Part shown: piece after piece, positions 56,239-56,356 of the stretch
Position numbering within the stretch: the first letter of the stretch is position 1
How the letters are laid out: every line of letters starts with the position of its first letter
From: Thermoproteota archaeon
GTDB taxonomy: Archaea; Thermoproteota; EX4484-205; JAAOZP01
Direction of reading: 5' to 3'
Assembly (NCBI GenBank): GCA_038848185.1
Contig: JAWCNV010000013.1
Coordinates: 1-56,356 of the forward strand
DNA: 56,356 nucleotides
Notes under the pieces: generated by a model
Seen by the model: the letters and a program-made list of their open reading frames with translations, nothing else
The model's database searches: none
What the model was told of the DNA's origin: nothing
Program-made: the position numbers and the translations under genes

Positions 56239-56356
56239 TGGTAGAAAAACAGTGCAGAAATCATTTAAAAAGTTATCATTTTTAATAATATTATAACACA
56301 GACCTCTAACGTATTCAAAGACATCCCGGAAAACGGAGAAACGAATTATATCCCTT

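Noticed and set aside
1-56356. CRISPR arrays, tRNA/rRNA genes, IS elements
   Set aside because: No regularly spaced repeats, cloverleaf or rRNA-like segments, transposase ORFs or terminal inverted repeats seen by eye; intergenic gaps are short. tRNAscan-SE or Infernal would confirm

Overview
This is a gene-dense archaeal chromosomal window. TTTATA-type boxes sit ~25-40 nt upstream of many starts, GGTGA Shine-Dalgarno motifs occur inside operons, and it encodes an AMP phosphorylase, a split glutamate synthase and an NrpR. The gene content suggests an anaerobic heterotroph of the TACK group such as Bathyarchaeia or Brockarchaeota; this is inference, since no marker gene is present. I saw no rRNA, tRNA, CRISPR array or IS element. 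(1) 0.2-11 kb is a membrane/envelope cluster: two ABC exporters (one permease fused to a CPBP protease), a site-2 protease next to a membrane-tethered wHTH regulator, LiaF-like and DUF4097 genes, a decayed ABC ATPase, and a rubredoxin missing from the ORF track. (2) 11-37.5 kb is mixed metabolism: a YihV-like kinase plus aldolase, two duplicated surface proteins, peroxiredoxin, AMP phosphorylase, two URO-D-like proteins, AmrS, GH20, a degenerate IscS with IscU, Fe-ADH, MoeA and a prenyl synthase. (3) 37.6-55.7 kb is an 18-kb nitrogen-assimilation island. On + it runs nrpR, glnA, an RHH regulator, a KaiC-like ATPase, amt, an unannotated 51-aa coiled-coil ORF, an atypical PII and Gln-dependent nadE. 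On - is a translationally coupled gltB2'-gltB2-gltB1/3-etfB-etfA-guaA operon, divergent from gdhA, with twin palindromic operators between them. The best candidates for undescribed biology are the ETF-linked split glutamate synthase, the KaiC-Amt-small protein-PII(S47) module, a recurring C-terminal polyproline/PPxY tail on unrelated membrane proteins, and the IscS lacking key desulfurase residues. All calls come from motif recognition by eye, without database searches.
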